A DNA stretch of 32,000 nucleotides from Delftia acidovorans NBRC 14950 (GCF_001598795.1 NZ_BCZP01000016.1:118598-150597), one strand, 5' to 3'. Shown: positions 16,410 through 26,308, counted from the first letter of the stretch. Numbers and translations: made by a program. Notes: generated by a model from the letters alone, not told the origin.

Positions 16410-17747
16410 ATGAGTGGTGCATTCGGCGCAATGAATCCAGCAGCGGTGCCGCTGGTCTGGGAAGTCGGCGCGCTGTGCCGCGCCGTGAGCGACGCCTTGC
16501 AGGCACGCTTCAATCCGGTAGCGGTGCGCGGGGAGATCAGCGGCTTCTCGCGCGCGGCCAGCGGGCATTGCTACTTCAGCATCAAGGACGCGGGTGGGCA
16601 GATCCGCTGCGCCATGTTCCGGCGTGCGGCCCAGCTCATGGATTTTTCGCCGCGCGACGGCGAACTGGTCGAGCTGCGTGGCCGGCTGGGCGTCTACGAG
16701 CAGCGTGGTGACCTGCAACTGGTCGTCGAGAGCATGCAGCGTGCAGGCCAGGGCGCCCTGTTCGAGCAGTTCCTTCGGCTGAAGGCGCAGCTGGAGGCCG
16801 AAGGCCTTTTCGACGCGGCCCGAAAGCGCAGCCTGCCGCCGCTGCCGCGCGGCATTGGCGTGGTGACTTCGCCGGGGGCTGCCGCGCTGCACGACGTGAT
16901 CACGGCGCTGCGCCGCCGCGTGCCCCATATCCCCGTGGTACTGGTGCCTGCCCTGGTGCAGGGCGCGCAGGCGCCGGCATCCCTGATCGATGCGCTGCAA
17001 AGGCTTTATGGCCTGGCGCGGGAAGGTGCGGGCTCAGTTGATGGCTCGGTGGCCGGCGCGCCGCCCATCGACACCATCTTGCTGGTGCGCGGGGGCGGCT
17101 CCATCGAAGACCTCTGGGCCTTCAACGACGAGCGCCTGGCCCGCACCATCGTGCAAAGCCCGGTGCCCCTGATCTGCGGCGTGGGGCACGAGACCGATTT
17201 CACCATTGCCGACTTCTGCGCCGACCTGCGCGCGCCCACGCCCACGGCGGCGGCCGAACTGGTGAGCCAGCCGCGCGAGGTCTGGATGGGTGCGCTGCAG
17301 CTCATGCAGGGCCGCCTGGAGGATTCCGTGCAGCGGCTGCTGGACCGCCAGCAGCAGCGCCTGGACCTGGCGGCGCAGCGCCTGGGCCGGCCCAGCGAGC
17401 AACTGGCCCGCAGCCGGCTGCAGCTCAGCCGCCAGGCCCAGCGACTGCGCCATGCCATGCAGTTGCGGCTGCAGCGCATGGACCATGCGGGGCAGGGCCT
17501 GCAGGCGCAGTTGCCTGCCGGCATGCGCCGCGGCCTGGACCGGCGCGCGGATCACCTGGCGCGCATGGAGCTTCGCCTGCAGCTGCTGGACCCGCGCCTG
17601 GTGCTGCAGCGCGGCTATGCCCTGCTGACCGATGCCGAGGGTCATCCCGTGACCGAGGCCCGCAGCGCGCCACCGGGCACGGCCTTGCAGGCACAACTGG
17701 CCGACGGCAGCCTGGACCTGGTGGTGACGCAGCCGCGCCTGCTCTGA
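16410..17747 (+). CDS. xseA: Exodeoxyribonuclease VII large subunit
   Basis: OB-fold N-terminus VRGEISGFSRAASGHCYFSIKD, plus RGGGSIEDLWAFNDE. ATG at 16410 with GGGAGG 5 nt upstream. Confidence 0.92.
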   Translation: MSGAFGAMNPAAVPLVWEVGALCRAVSDALQARFNPVAVRGEISGFSRAASGHCYFSIKDAGGQIRCAMFRRAAQLMDFSPRDGELVELRGRLGVYEQRGDLQLVVESMQRAGQGALFEQFLRLKAQLEAEGLFDAARKRSLPPLPRGIGVVTSPGAAALHDVITALRRRVPHIPVVLVPALVQGAQAPASLIDALQRLYGLAREGAGSVDGSVAGAPPIDTILLVRGGGSIEDLWAFNDERLARTIVQSPVPLICGVGHETDFTIADFCADLRAPTPTAAAELVSQPREVWMGALQLMQGRLEDSVQRLLDRQQQRLDLAAQRLGRPSEQLARSRLQLSRQAQRLRHAMQLRLQRMDHAGQGLQAQLPAGMRRGLDRRADHLARMELRLQLLDPRLVLQRGYALLTDAEGHPVTEARSAPPGTALQAQLADGSLDLVVTQPRLL

Positions 17748-18063
17748 ACTGCGGCGCCCTGGGTGCAGCGTTCGGCGTGCAGGGAGTGGCGGGCGGCAGG
17801 CAGTATCCGTGTAGGCCGATTGGCCGGATCAAGGTCAATTCACATCCACCCCCGCAGCAGCGGGCCAAGATGGGCCATTTGGCGCGCTTTCGCCGCAGGG
17901 TCACGAAGTTGTTCCTACAATGCCCGTTCGGGTGCGTGAGGGCCAGGGCTCGCAGCAATGCGTGCAGTGCAGGCCCCGCGCGACGGTCACGGCAGGCGCT
18001 GCAGGCGCTCTGCGCAACAGGTGCTGGCCCGTCCTAAAAGATTTCAACCACGAAGGAAACACC

Positions 18064-18645
18064 ATGGAACATACCTTGCCCCCTCTGCCCTATGCGATTG
18101 ACGCGCTGGCACCCCACTACAGCCAGGAAACGCTGGAGTACCACCATGGCAAGCACCACAACGCCTATGTGGTGAACCTGAACAACCTGCAAAAGGGCAC
18201 CGAATTCGAAAACATGACCCTGGAAGAGATCGTCAAGAAGTCTTCCGGCGGCATCTACAACAACGCAGCCCAGATCTGGAACCATACCTTCTTCTGGAAC
18301 TGCATGGCCCCCAACGGTGGCGGCGAGCCCACCGGCGCACTGGCTGACGCCATCAACAAGAAGTGGGGCAGCTACGCCGCCTTCAAGGAAGCCTTCGTGA
18401 AGTCGGCCGTGGGCAACTTCGGCTCTGGCTGGACCTGGCTGGTCAAGAAGGCCGACGGTTCGGTGGACATCGTCAACACCGGCGCTGCCGGCACGCCCCT
18501 GACCACGGAAGACAAGGCCCTGCTGACCGTGGACGTCTGGGAACACGCCTACTACATCGACTATCGCAACCTGCGTCCCAAGTTCGTCGAGACCTTCCTC
18601 GGCCAACTGGTGAACTGGAAGTTTGCCGAGCAGAACTTCGCCTGA
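18064..18645 (+). CDS. sodB: Iron superoxide dismutase
   Basis: [18 protein letters not shown]..., [18 protein letters not shown] (Fe-type) and DVWEHAYY. Confidence 0.95.
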   Translation: MEHTLPPLPYAIDALAPHYSQETLEYHHGKHHNAYVVNLNNLQKGTEFENMTLEEIVKKSSGGIYNNAAQIWNHTFFWNCMAPNGGGEPTGALADAINKKWGSYAAFKEAFVKSAVGNFGSGWTWLVKKADGSVDIVNTGAAGTPLTTEDKALLTVDVWEHAYYIDYRNLRPKFVETFLGQLVNWKFAEQNFA

Positions 18646-18688
18646 TCGAAGCGCAGGTACGACGTGTGCACGCCATGTGCACGCAACG

Positions 18689-18720
18689 CAAAAAGCCCCG
18701 GACGGGGCTTTTTGCTTTTT
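18689..18720. terminator. Bidirectional rho-independent terminator (sodB / MFS)
   Basis: AAAAGCCCC-ggac-GGGGCTTTT followed by TGCTTTTT. Confidence 0.8.
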
Positions 18721-18737
18721 GAGAGGAAGGCGACGGC

Positions 18738-20282
18738 TCAGCGGCGCTGAGCGCGCAGCCGCCAGCCCGTCCACAGTGCCGTGCAGACCAGCAGCAGCGT
18801 GGCGCTGGCGATCACGGCGCTGAAACCCTGGTCGAAGGCCGTGCGTGCCAGCTCGGTCAACTGGTGCGCGGCCTGGGGCATCAGCTGATCGGCAGCCAGC
18901 AGGGCTTCGTCCAGGCTGTCGCGCACGGAATCGGGCAGGGCCAGGCCCAGGCCCTCCGGCAGGTGCAGTGAGCCTGCATAGACGGCCGACAGCAGGCTGC
19001 CCATCAGCGTCACGCCCAGTGCGCCGCCCAGCTCGTATGACACCTCCTCGACCGAGGCCGCCATGCCGGCACGGTCCGCGGGAGCGCTTTGCATGATGGT
19101 GCTCGACGCCGTGGTCATGGCCGCGCCTATGCCCAGGCCCAGCAGGGCCAGCGCCGCCGCCTGCGGCCACCAGCCCATGTCGTGGACCAGCAGATAGCCG
19201 CCCATGCCCAGGCCCGACAGCAGCAGCGCTGCCGGCAGCATGCGCGCGCCGCCCAGGCGTGGCAGCCAGTGGCCTGCCACGGGGCCTGCGACAAAGGCGG
19301 CCAGCGGCAGCGGCAGCACGGCCAGGCCGGCCTGCAGTGGCGACAGTCCCTGCACCAGCTGCAGGCGCTGGCTGAACACGAGTTCCATGCCGATCAGCGC
19401 GGCCGCTGCCACCAGGGCCGAGGCCACGGCCGTGGCAAACGCCGGGTTGCGGAACAGCGCAAAGTCCAGCAGCGGGTCGCTGCTGCGGCGCTGGCGCCGC
19501 ACGAACAGGGCAAGAAAGCCCAGGCCCAGCACCAGGGCTACGGCGGCCAGGGCCCAGTCGGGCGACTGTTTGCCGGCTTCCTTGATGGCGTAGGTGCTGC
19601 CCACCAGGCCTGCCATGACCTGCAATGAGCCGATGAAGTCCCAGGGCCGCTGCGAGGTGGGCGTGCCTGCGGGAATCAACCAGCCGGCCAGGGGCAGGGC
19701 GAGCAGCACGATGGGCACATTGATCAGGAACACCGAGCCCCACCAGAAGTATTCGAGCAGCAGCCCGCCCACCACCGGCCCGAAGGCCGCACCGCCCGAG
19801 GCCACCGAGGCCCAGATGCCGATGGCCAGCGCGCGCTCGCGCTCATCGGCAAAGCTCAGGCGGATCAGGGACAGCGTGGCCGGCATCATCATCGCCGCGC
19901 CCACGCCCAGCAGCGCGCGCGCCGCAATCAGCAAGGCGGGCGAGGGCGCAAAGGCTGCACACAGCGATGCCACGCCGAACACGCACAGCCCGGCCATGAA
20001 CAGCCGCTTGTGGCCGAGCCTGTCGCCCAGCGTGCCCATGCCCAGCAGCAGGCCGGAGACCACCAGCGCGTAGATGTTGACGATCCACAGCTTGGCCGAG
20101 GCCGTGGCGGCCAGGTCATGCGTGAGGCGCGGAAGCGCCGTGTAGAGCACCGTCATGTCGATGACGATGAGCAGCAGCGCCACCGAGACGATGGCCAGCA
20201 CCAGCCAGCGGCGCGGATCGGCCGCCTGGGATTTTGGAAGATGCCCCGAAACGGGGTTCTGGGTTTGCGTTGTGAACGCCAT
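18738..20282 (-). CDS. MFS transporter, DHA2 (EmrB/QacA-like, 14-TM) family
   Basis: 514 aa. Motif A is GTLGDRLGHKRLF. Many hydrophobic spans. N-terminus RRWLVLAIVSVALLLIVIDMTVLYTALP. Confidence 0.88.
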   Translation of the reverse strand: MAFTTQTQNPVSGHLPKSQAADPRRWLVLAIVSVALLLIVIDMTVLYTALPRLTHDLAATASAKLWIVNIYALVVSGLLLGMGTLGDRLGHKRLFMAGLCVFGVASLCAAFAPSPALLIAARALLGVGAAMMMPATLSLIRLSFADERERALAIGIWASVASGGAAFGPVVGGLLLEYFWWGSVFLINVPIVLLALPLAGWLIPAGTPTSQRPWDFIGSLQVMAGLVGSTYAIKEAGKQSPDWALAAVALVLGLGFLALFVRRQRRSSDPLLDFALFRNPAFATAVASALVAAAALIGMELVFSQRLQLVQGLSPLQAGLAVLPLPLAAFVAGPVAGHWLPRLGGARMLPAALLLSGLGMGGYLLVHDMGWWPQAAALALLGLGIGAAMTTASSTIMQSAPADRAGMAASVEEVSYELGGALGVTLMGSLLSAVYAGSLHLPEGLGLALPDSVRDSLDEALLAADQLMPQAAHQLTELARTAFDQGFSAVIASATLLLVCTALWTGWRLRAQRR

Positions 20283-20325
20283 AAAGCACCTGTTTGCCCC
20301 GGGCCTTGTGGGCTGGGGCTACCTT

Positions 20326-20402
20326 CTTGATGAAAACCACAGTTTCCATCAATGAAATGATTTATCAAAGTTTGATTCCATCCATAAAATTGATGGATGG
20401 AA
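20326..20402. promoter_or_regulatory. AT-rich divergent control region with repeated TTGATGGA/TCCATCAA half-sites (putative LysR operator)
   Basis: TCCATCAA at 20345-20352 and TTGATGGA at 20391-20398. There is also a perfect 10-bp inverted repeat, TTCCATCCAT (20376-20385) / ATGGATGGAA (20393-20402), that spans the LysR ATG. Confidence 0.4.
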
Positions 20403-21278
20403 TGGACACTCGACAGGCTGAAGCATTTTGTGGCGGTGGCCGAAGCCGGCACCATGACCGAGGCCGCCCGCCGCCTGGGCCGTGCGCAGTCGGCCGTGAG
20501 CACGGCCATCGGCCTGCTGGAAGCCGACCTGGGGCTGGAGTTGTTCGACCGCGTGGGGCGCCGCGTGCAGCTGACGGCGGCAGGGGAGGTGATGCTGCTG
20601 GAGGCCCGGTCCCTGCTGCACCAGGCCCAGGCCATGGACCACCGCGCCCGCGCATTGGCCGCAGGCGGGCAGGCACGCCTGGCCGTTGCGCTGGACGAGG
20701 CATTGCCCTATGTGCCGCTGGCCCAGCTGTTCAAGGAGCTGGCGGCGCGCTTTCCGGCCATGGAGCTGACCGTGCTGAACGGCACGGCCTCCGAAGTGGC
20801 CGAGCATGTGGCGGCGCAGCGTGCCCAGGTCGCCTTCCAGTTCGACCGAGCGCCTGCGCCGGCCACCTGCGCCCAGCGCCATATCGGCAGCGTGCCGCAG
20901 ACCATTTGCGTGGCCAAGGGCCATGTGCTCGATGGCACGGCGGCCCTCACGCGCAGGCAGCTGGCCGCGCACCGCCAGTTGCTGATGCACATCGAGGGCG
21001 TGGAGGACACCGTGCTCAGTCCCGCCGTCTGGCGCTCCAACAGCTTCTATGTGATTGCCGACATGGTGGCCGACGGCCTGGGCTGGGCCATCCTGCCGGT
21101 CAACATTGCCGAGTTCGGCGACCTGCGCCCGCATCTGCGGCAACGCGCCTGCGAGGGGCTTGCGCTGCCGCCGCTGACCGTGCGCATGCTCTGGCTGGAA
21201 GGGCTGGCGCCCGGGGCCGAAGCGCTGTGGATGCGCCAGCGCCTGGCCGAGCTGCTGGCCTTGATGGCCACGGCCTGA
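20397..21278 (+). CDS. LysR-family transcriptional regulator
   Basis: HTH region LKHFVAVAEAGTMTEAARRLGRAQSAVSTAIGLLEADLGLELFDR. Divergent from the DHA2 MFS gene. Confidence 0.9.
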   Translation: MEWTLDRLKHFVAVAEAGTMTEAARRLGRAQSAVSTAIGLLEADLGLELFDRVGRRVQLTAAGEVMLLEARSLLHQAQAMDHRARALAAGGQARLAVALDEALPYVPLAQLFKELAARFPAMELTVLNGTASEVAEHVAAQRAQVAFQFDRAPAPATCAQRHIGSVPQTICVAKGHVLDGTAALTRRQLAAHRQLLMHIEGVEDTVLSPAVWRSNSFYVIADMVADGLGWAILPVNIAEFGDLRPHLRQRACEGLALPPLTVRMLWLEGLAPGAEALWMRQRLAELLALMATA

Positions 21279-21312
21279 GCGGTCTGTGCTGGCGCGGGCG
21301 TTGCGGCCGTGT

Positions 21313-22533
21313 TCAGGTGCAGGCAGCGGCTGCGTCTTCGGCAGGCGGGCTCTCTTTCGCTCGTGCCTGGCGTGCGGCCAGCACGCCCAGGGCCCACATG
21401 GCGACACCGGCCAGCAGCGCCACCACGAAGGAAATGCGTGCGCCCCACAGGTCGGTGGCCCAGCCTGCGGCGGCCGCGCCCAGGGCCACGCCCATGGCAA
21501 TGCCGGTCAGCAGCCAGGTCATGCCTTCGGTCAGGCGCTGGTGCGGCACCTGCTGCTCCACCAGGCCCATGGCCACGGTGATGGTCGGGCCGAAGGTAAT
21601 GCCGGCCAGCAACACGGCCAGGGTCAGCGTGAACACATTGGTGGCCAGCAGCAGGGGCACGGCCGTGATGCACACCGAGGCGCCCACCCAGGCAATCTGG
21701 CGGTGCAGCGGCGCCTGCAGGCGCAGCGTGCCGAACACCAGTCCCATCACGCAGGACCCCAGCGCATAGAACGACAGCACGATGCTGGCCGCCGCCGGCT
21801 GGCCCTGCTGCGTGGCAAAGGCCACGCTGGCCACGTCGATGGTGCCCACGATGATGCCCTGGGCCAGCATGAACAGCGCCAGCGTGCGCACCACGGGATG
21901 GCGGGCCAGCGACTGCTGGCGCGTGCGCTGCTGCGATGTGTCCACGGGCGGCTCTGTGCGGCGCTGGGCCACGAACAGCGCCACGCCCACCAGCAGCAGC
22001 AAGGAGGCGGCCAGCGGCCCGGCCTCGGGGAACAGCACCATGCTCAGACCCACCGACAGCGGCGGGCCGACGATGAAGCAGACATCGTCCAGCACGGCCT
22101 CCAGCGCATAGGCCGTCTGCAGCTGGGGCGTGCCGCGCAGCAGCACGGTCCAGCGCGCACGCACCATGGCCGGCATGCTGGGCAGGGCGCCCACCAGCGC
22201 AGCCAGCACCAGCAGCAGCCAATCCGGCCCCTGCCAATGCGCGCAGGCCAGCAGCGCAAACATGGCGGCAGCACTCACGGCCGCTGCCCAGGGCAGGACC
22301 TTGCGCTGGCCATGGCGGTCCACCAGGGCCGAGATGCGGGGCGCCAGCACCGCGATGGACAGCGCAAAGCAGGCTGCGACCGCTCCGGCCAGCGTGTAGG
22401 CGCCGCGCTGCTGGGACAGCATGGTGATCAGGCCGATGCCCGTCATCGACAGGGGCAGGCGGGCCAGGAGACCGGCCAGCACAAAGGCGGCCGTGCCGGG
22501 CCGGGTGAACAGCTGGCGGTAGGCGTGGAACAT
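21313..22533 (-). CDS. MFS transporter (12-TM type)
   Basis: The ATG at 22533 gives MFHAYRQLFTRPGTAAFVLAGLLARLP. The motif A-like segment is LVDRHGQRKVL. The track extension to 22692 crosses the promoter region. Confidence 0.85.
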   Translation of the reverse strand: MFHAYRQLFTRPGTAAFVLAGLLARLPLSMTGIGLITMLSQQRGAYTLAGAVAACFALSIAVLAPRISALVDRHGQRKVLPWAAAVSAAAMFALLACAHWQGPDWLLLVLAALVGALPSMPAMVRARWTVLLRGTPQLQTAYALEAVLDDVCFIVGPPLSVGLSMVLFPEAGPLAASLLLLVGVALFVAQRRTEPPVDTSQQRTRQQSLARHPVVRTLALFMLAQGIIVGTIDVASVAFATQQGQPAAASIVLSFYALGSCVMGLVFGTLRLQAPLHRQIAWVGASVCITAVPLLLATNVFTLTLAVLLAGITFGPTITVAMGLVEQQVPHQRLTEGMTWLLTGIAMGVALGAAAAGWATDLWGARISFVVALLAGVAMWALGVLAARQARAKESPPAEDAAAACT

Positions 22534-22567
22534 GGAAACCTCGGAAAACGGACAGGCCGCTGTAATC

Positions 22568-22584
22568 ACATACGCGGCGTATGT
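22568..22584. promoter_or_regulatory. Putative TetR operator palindrome
   Basis: ACATACGC-g-GCGTATGT, a perfect palindrome. Related elements are CGCGCCGTAT (22610-22619) and CATACgttttGTATG (22626-22640), all in the 110-bp MFS/TetR divergent spacer. Confidence 0.45.
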
Positions 22585-22643
22585 CAGCGATTCTACGGGT
22601 TGCCCATGACGCGCCGTATCATTGGCATACGTTTTGTATGTGA

Positions 22644-23252
22644 ATGGAGTGCGCCATGCGCAAAAGCCGGGCCAGCATGATCGAGGAGACACGCGCCAAG
22701 CTCATCGAGGCTGCGCGCGAGGCCTTTGGCAGCCAGGGCTATTCCCAGGCCTCCATGGACGAATTGACGGCCAAGGCCGGGCTGACGCGTGGCGCGCTGT
22801 ACCACCATTTCGGTGGCAAGCCGGGCCTGCTGGCCGCCGTGGTGGCGCAGATGGATGCCGAGATGGACGCACGCCTGGAGCAGGTGCTGGCCGACCATGC
22901 CGACCCCTGGGAGGGCTTCCTGGCCTACTGCCGCGCCTACTTGGCCATGGCGCAGGAGGGCGAGATACGCCGCATCGTGCTGCAGGATGCGCGCGCCGTG
23001 CTCACGGGCACGGACCAGGGCGAGCAGCACCGCGCCTGCATCGCCTTCGTGGCCGGCTACCTGGAGCAGCTCATGGACCGCGGCGTGATCGTGCGTGCCA
23101 ATCCTCTGGCCATGTCGCGCCTGCTCAATGGCTGCCTGGTGGAGTCGGCCTTCTGGATTGCCGAGGAAGGGGCGCCCCCCGAACGCCTGCAGCAGGCGCT
23201 GCAGGCGCTGGAGCTGACGCTCAAGGGGTGGAAGGCGCCTGCGAGGGGCTGA
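22644..23252 (+). CDS. TetR/AcrR-family transcriptional regulator
   Basis: HTH region GYSQASMDELTAKAGLTRGALYHHFGGK. The start is at 22644 or 22656. Confidence 0.9.
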   Translation: MECAMRKSRASMIEETRAKLIEAAREAFGSQGYSQASMDELTAKAGLTRGALYHHFGGKPGLLAAVVAQMDAEMDARLEQVLADHADPWEGFLAYCRAYLAMAQEGEIRRIVLQDARAVLTGTDQGEQHRACIAFVAGYLEQLMDRGVIVRANPLAMSRLLNGCLVESAFWIAEEGAPPERLQQALQALELTLKGWKAPARG

Positions 23253-23304
23253 GCGGCTGAGCGGCGCTGCGCCAGCCCGCCCTCGCTCGAACTTCACTCG
23301 CGCT

Positions 23305-24165
23305 TCACTCGTACTTCTTTTCCAGCGCGTCCCAGAACGGCTTGTTGACCAGGCGCTGGCGCTCGGCAAAGGGGGCGACCACAGCGGGGTTCTCGTCCAC
23401 CCTGCGCTCGTTGCGCAGTTGGCCCAGCGCCTTTTGCATGCCGGCCACGGCGCCTTGCAGCGCGGCATTGGCATACAGCACCAGGCCATAGCCCAGGTCT
23501 GCCAGCTCACCCGCGTCGGTGATGGGCGTCTTGCCTCCGATCACCATGTTCATCAGCTGCGGCGTGGACAGGCGCTGGGGCAGGGCGCGGATTTCTTCGG
23601 CCTGGGTCACGGCCTCGACAAAAAGGATGTCGGCTCCCGCCTCGGCAAAGCGCTGGGCGCGCTCCACGGCGGCCTCGAAGCCCTGGGTGGCGCAGGCATC
23701 GGTGCGCGCCATGATCAGCGTGCCCTGGTCGCGGCGCGCGTCCACGGCGGCCTTGATCTTGCCCAGCATTTCCTCGGTGGAAATCACTTCCTTGCCATTG
23801 AAATGGCCGCAGCGCTTGGGGCTGATCTGGTCCTCGATCTGGATGCAGTCGGCGCCTGCGCGCTCCAGTGTGCGCACGGCGTGATAGGTGTTGAGCGCGT
23901 TGCCAAAGCCGGTGTCGGCATCGACGATCAGCGGCAGATCCACGGCGTCGCGGATGCGGGCCGTGTGGTCGGCGATGTCGGTCAGGCCCATGAAGGCCTG
24001 GTCGGGCAGGCCGAACCACATGTTGGTCACGCCGGCTCCGGTCACATAGATGGCCTCGAAGCCGAGATCGGCCACGACGCGCGCGGACAGCGCGTTGAAT
24101 GCGCCGGGCACGAGCACGCCGCGGCGCGCTTCGGCCAGGGCCTTGAGTTGTTGCTTGGTGTTCAT
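23305..24165 (-). CDS. Isocitrate lyase / PEP mutase superfamily lyase (methylisocitrate-lyase or 2-alkylmalate-lyase-like)
   Basis: VDADTGFG, IEDQISPKRCGH (catalytic Cys loop), ARTDA and FVEA. ATG at 24165 (MNTKQQLKAL). Confidence 0.88.
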   Translation of the reverse strand: MNTKQQLKALAEARRGVLVPGAFNALSARVVADLGFEAIYVTGAGVTNMWFGLPDQAFMGLTDIADHTARIRDAVDLPLIVDADTGFGNALNTYHAVRTLERAGADCIQIEDQISPKRCGHFNGKEVISTEEMLGKIKAAVDARRDQGTLIMARTDACATQGFEAAVERAQRFAEAGADILFVEAVTQAEEIRALPQRLSTPQLMNMVIGGKTPITDAGELADLGYGLVLYANAALQGAVAGMQKALGQLRNERRVDENPAVVAPFAERQRLVNKPFWDALEKKYE

Positions 24166-24209
24166 GGATGGTTCTGTCGAATGGGAAAAAGCGATGCGCG
24201 GGCTGGCGC

Positions 24210-25220
24210 TCAGTCCAGCGTGATGTTGGCGTTCTTGATAACCGGGCCCCACTTGGCGCGCTCGGCCTCGATGAACTTGCCATAGGCCTGGGGCGTGCCG
24301 CCCATGACCATGCCGCCCGTGTTCTCGATCATGGCGCGCACCTCGGCGTCCTTGAGTGCCTCGTTCACGGCCTTGTTCAGGCGCTCGATCACGGCCGGCG
24401 GCGTGCTGGCCGGCGCAATCATGCCCAGCCAGTTGTACGACTCGAAGCCCTTGATGCCCGCCTCATCCAGCGTGGGCACGCTGGGCAGCACCTTCAGTCG
24501 CTGCTTGCTGGACACGGCCAGCGCCTTGACCTTGTCGCCCTGGATGGCGGGCAAGGCCGCATAGCCCATCTCGAACATGAAGGCCAGGTGCCCGCCCATC
24601 AGGTCAGTGGCTGCCAGCGCGCCGCCCTTGTAGGGCACATGGACCATGTCCGTGCGCGTCTGGAAGGCCAGCAGCTCGCCCGACAGGTGGTGGGCGCCGC
24701 CCACGCCCGACGATCCATAGGTCAGCGTGCCCGGCTTGGCCTTGGCTGCAGCCACCAGCTCGGCCACGGTCTTGAACGGCTGGTTGGGCGCCGTGGTCAG
24801 GATCAGCGGCGCCTCTTCGATCAGGATGATGGGCTGCAGGTCGCGTGCGGCGTTGTAGGGCAGCTTTTTCATCAGCATGGGATTGGTCACCAGCGGGCCT
24901 GGCGAGCCGAAGCCGAAGGTATGGCCGTCCGTGGCCTTGGCAATGGCATCCGTGCCCGTCACGCCGCCTGCGCCGCCGCGGTTGTCGATCACGATGGGCT
25001 GGCCCAGGCTCTGGCCTATCTTGTCGGCGATCTTTCGGGCCCGCGTATCGGCAAAGCCGCCGGCCGCATAGGGCACGATGAGCTTGATGGGGCGCGAGGG
25101 CCAGGCATCTGCGCCCTGGGCCACGGCGGTGGCGGGGGCGGCCAGCAGGGCCGCAGCAGCGGCGGTGGCGCTCAGGGCCAGCCCCAAGCTCAGGCGGAGG
25201 GTATTGCGGCGGGTATTCAT
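24210..25220 (-). CDS. Bug-family (TctC-like) tripartite tricarboxylate transporter periplasmic binding protein
   Basis: Signal peptide, then ADAWPSRPIKLIVPYAAGGFAD and IDNRGGAGG. ATG at 25220. Confidence 0.9.
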   Translation of the reverse strand: MNTRRNTLRLSLGLALSATAAAAALLAAPATAVAQGADAWPSRPIKLIVPYAAGGFADTRARKIADKIGQSLGQPIVIDNRGGAGGVTGTDAIAKATDGHTFGFGSPGPLVTNPMLMKKLPYNAARDLQPIILIEEAPLILTTAPNQPFKTVAELVAAAKAKPGTLTYGSSGVGGAHHLSGELLAFQTRTDMVHVPYKGGALAATDLMGGHLAFMFEMGYAALPAIQGDKVKALAVSSKQRLKVLPSVPTLDEAGIKGFESYNWLGMIAPASTPPAVIERLNKAVNEALKDAEVRAMIENTGGMVMGGTPQAYGKFIEAERAKWGPVIKNANITLD

Positions 25221-25264
25221 GGTGTCTTGTCTCGGTTGGAATCCGTGGTTGTGGCGGGAGCGGC

Positions 25265-26260
25265 TCACTTTTCCTGCATCTTCGCGGCCTTGACGATCTC
25301 GCCCAGGCGCTTGCGCTCGGCATCGGTGAATTTCACGAACTCGGCGCGCGTGCCGCCGATGGGCTCGATGCCCAGGCCCTTGAGCTTCTCCACGGTGGCC
25401 GGCTCCTTCATGGCCTGGTCCACGGCGGCGGCCAGCTTGTCCAGGATGGCGGGCGGCGTGCCCTTGGGTGCATGGATGCCGGCCCAGTGCGCGATCTGCA
25501 GCTCGGCAAAGCCCTGCTCCACGGCGGTGGACAGTTGCGGATAGGCGGAGATGCGCTGCGTCCAGGTGGTGGCCAGGGCCTTGAACTTGCCCTCATTGAG
25601 GATGTGGGGCAGGGCGATGATGCTGGCCTCCGACGTGCCCTCCACCTGGCCGCCCAGCACGGCCGTCGTGCTTTCCGATCCGCTCTTGTAGGGCACGGGC
25701 TGCAGCTGTGCGCCGTACTTCACGTTCAGCATCTCGGCCACGAAATGCGGCGTGCTGCCCGTGCCGGCCGTGGCGAAATTGAAGCCCTGGCCCTTCTTCG
25801 ATGCCTCGACGAAATCTCGCAGGTTCTGGTAGGGCGCGTTCTTGGGAACCACGATCACCGAAGGCGCCAGTCCGATCATGGCCACGGGCACCAGCGCATC
25901 GTCCTTGAACGGCATGGTCTTCTTGATCATGCTGTTGGAGATCACGCCGGCCGCGCTCACCAGCAGGGTGTAGCCATCGGGCTGGGCCTTGGCCACGATG
26001 TCGGCGCCCACGGTGCCGCCTGCGCCGGGCCGGTTGTCGATGACCACGGGCTGGCCCAGGATTTTGGACGCACCTTCGGCGGCCGAGCGGGCCATCAGGT
26101 CGTTGGCGCCGCCTGCAGAGAACGGCACTACCAAGCGGATGGGGCGGGTGGGCCAGGCATCGGCGGCAGGCGCGGCAAACGACACGCCGGCCAGCGGCAG
26201 CACGGTGGCAAGCAGGGCGGCCAGGGCAGTGCGGCGGGGCAGGCGGGATGGCTGGTGCAT
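25265..26260 (-). CDS. Bug-family (TctC-like) periplasmic binding protein, second paralog
   Basis: Signal peptide, then ADAWPTRPIRLVVPFSAGGAND and IDNRPGAGG. ATG at 26260 with AGGAGA 5 nt upstream. Confidence 0.9.
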   Translation of the reverse strand: MHQPSRLPRRTALAALLATVLPLAGVSFAAPAADAWPTRPIRLVVPFSAGGANDLMARSAAEGASKILGQPVVIDNRPGAGGTVGADIVAKAQPDGYTLLVSAAGVISNSMIKKTMPFKDDALVPVAMIGLAPSVIVVPKNAPYQNLRDFVEASKKGQGFNFATAGTGSTPHFVAEMLNVKYGAQLQPVPYKSGSESTTAVLGGQVEGTSEASIIALPHILNEGKFKALATTWTQRISAYPQLSTAVEQGFAELQIAHWAGIHAPKGTPPAILDKLAAAVDQAMKEPATVEKLKGLGIEPIGGTRAEFVKFTDAERKRLGEIVKAAKMQEK

Positions 26261-26308
26261 GGGGAGTCTCCTGGAAATATTTGAAATGATTGAAACGCCG
26301 GCCTTGTT

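Noticed and set aside
18034-19743. 569-aa ORF overlapping sodB (antisense) and the DHA2 MFS gene (same strand, different frame); also 20349..21500, 21047..22237, 21286..22680, 24168..25544, 25472..26284, 26467..28020, 28436..29512, 29675..30478 and 30684..31802
   Set aside because: Each overlaps, antisense or in another frame, a gene with clear motifs (SOD, MFS, LysR, Bug, PrpR, PLP enzyme, PrpF). All have Arg/Pro/Gly/His-biased, low-complexity translations. These are high-GC frame artefacts, not overlapping genes.
23253-23304. Short direct repeat CTTCACTCG x2 between the convergent TetR and lyase genes
   Set aside because: There are only two 9-bp copies in a 52-bp convergent spacer, with no associated stem-loop or known motif. 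Too little signal to interpret.
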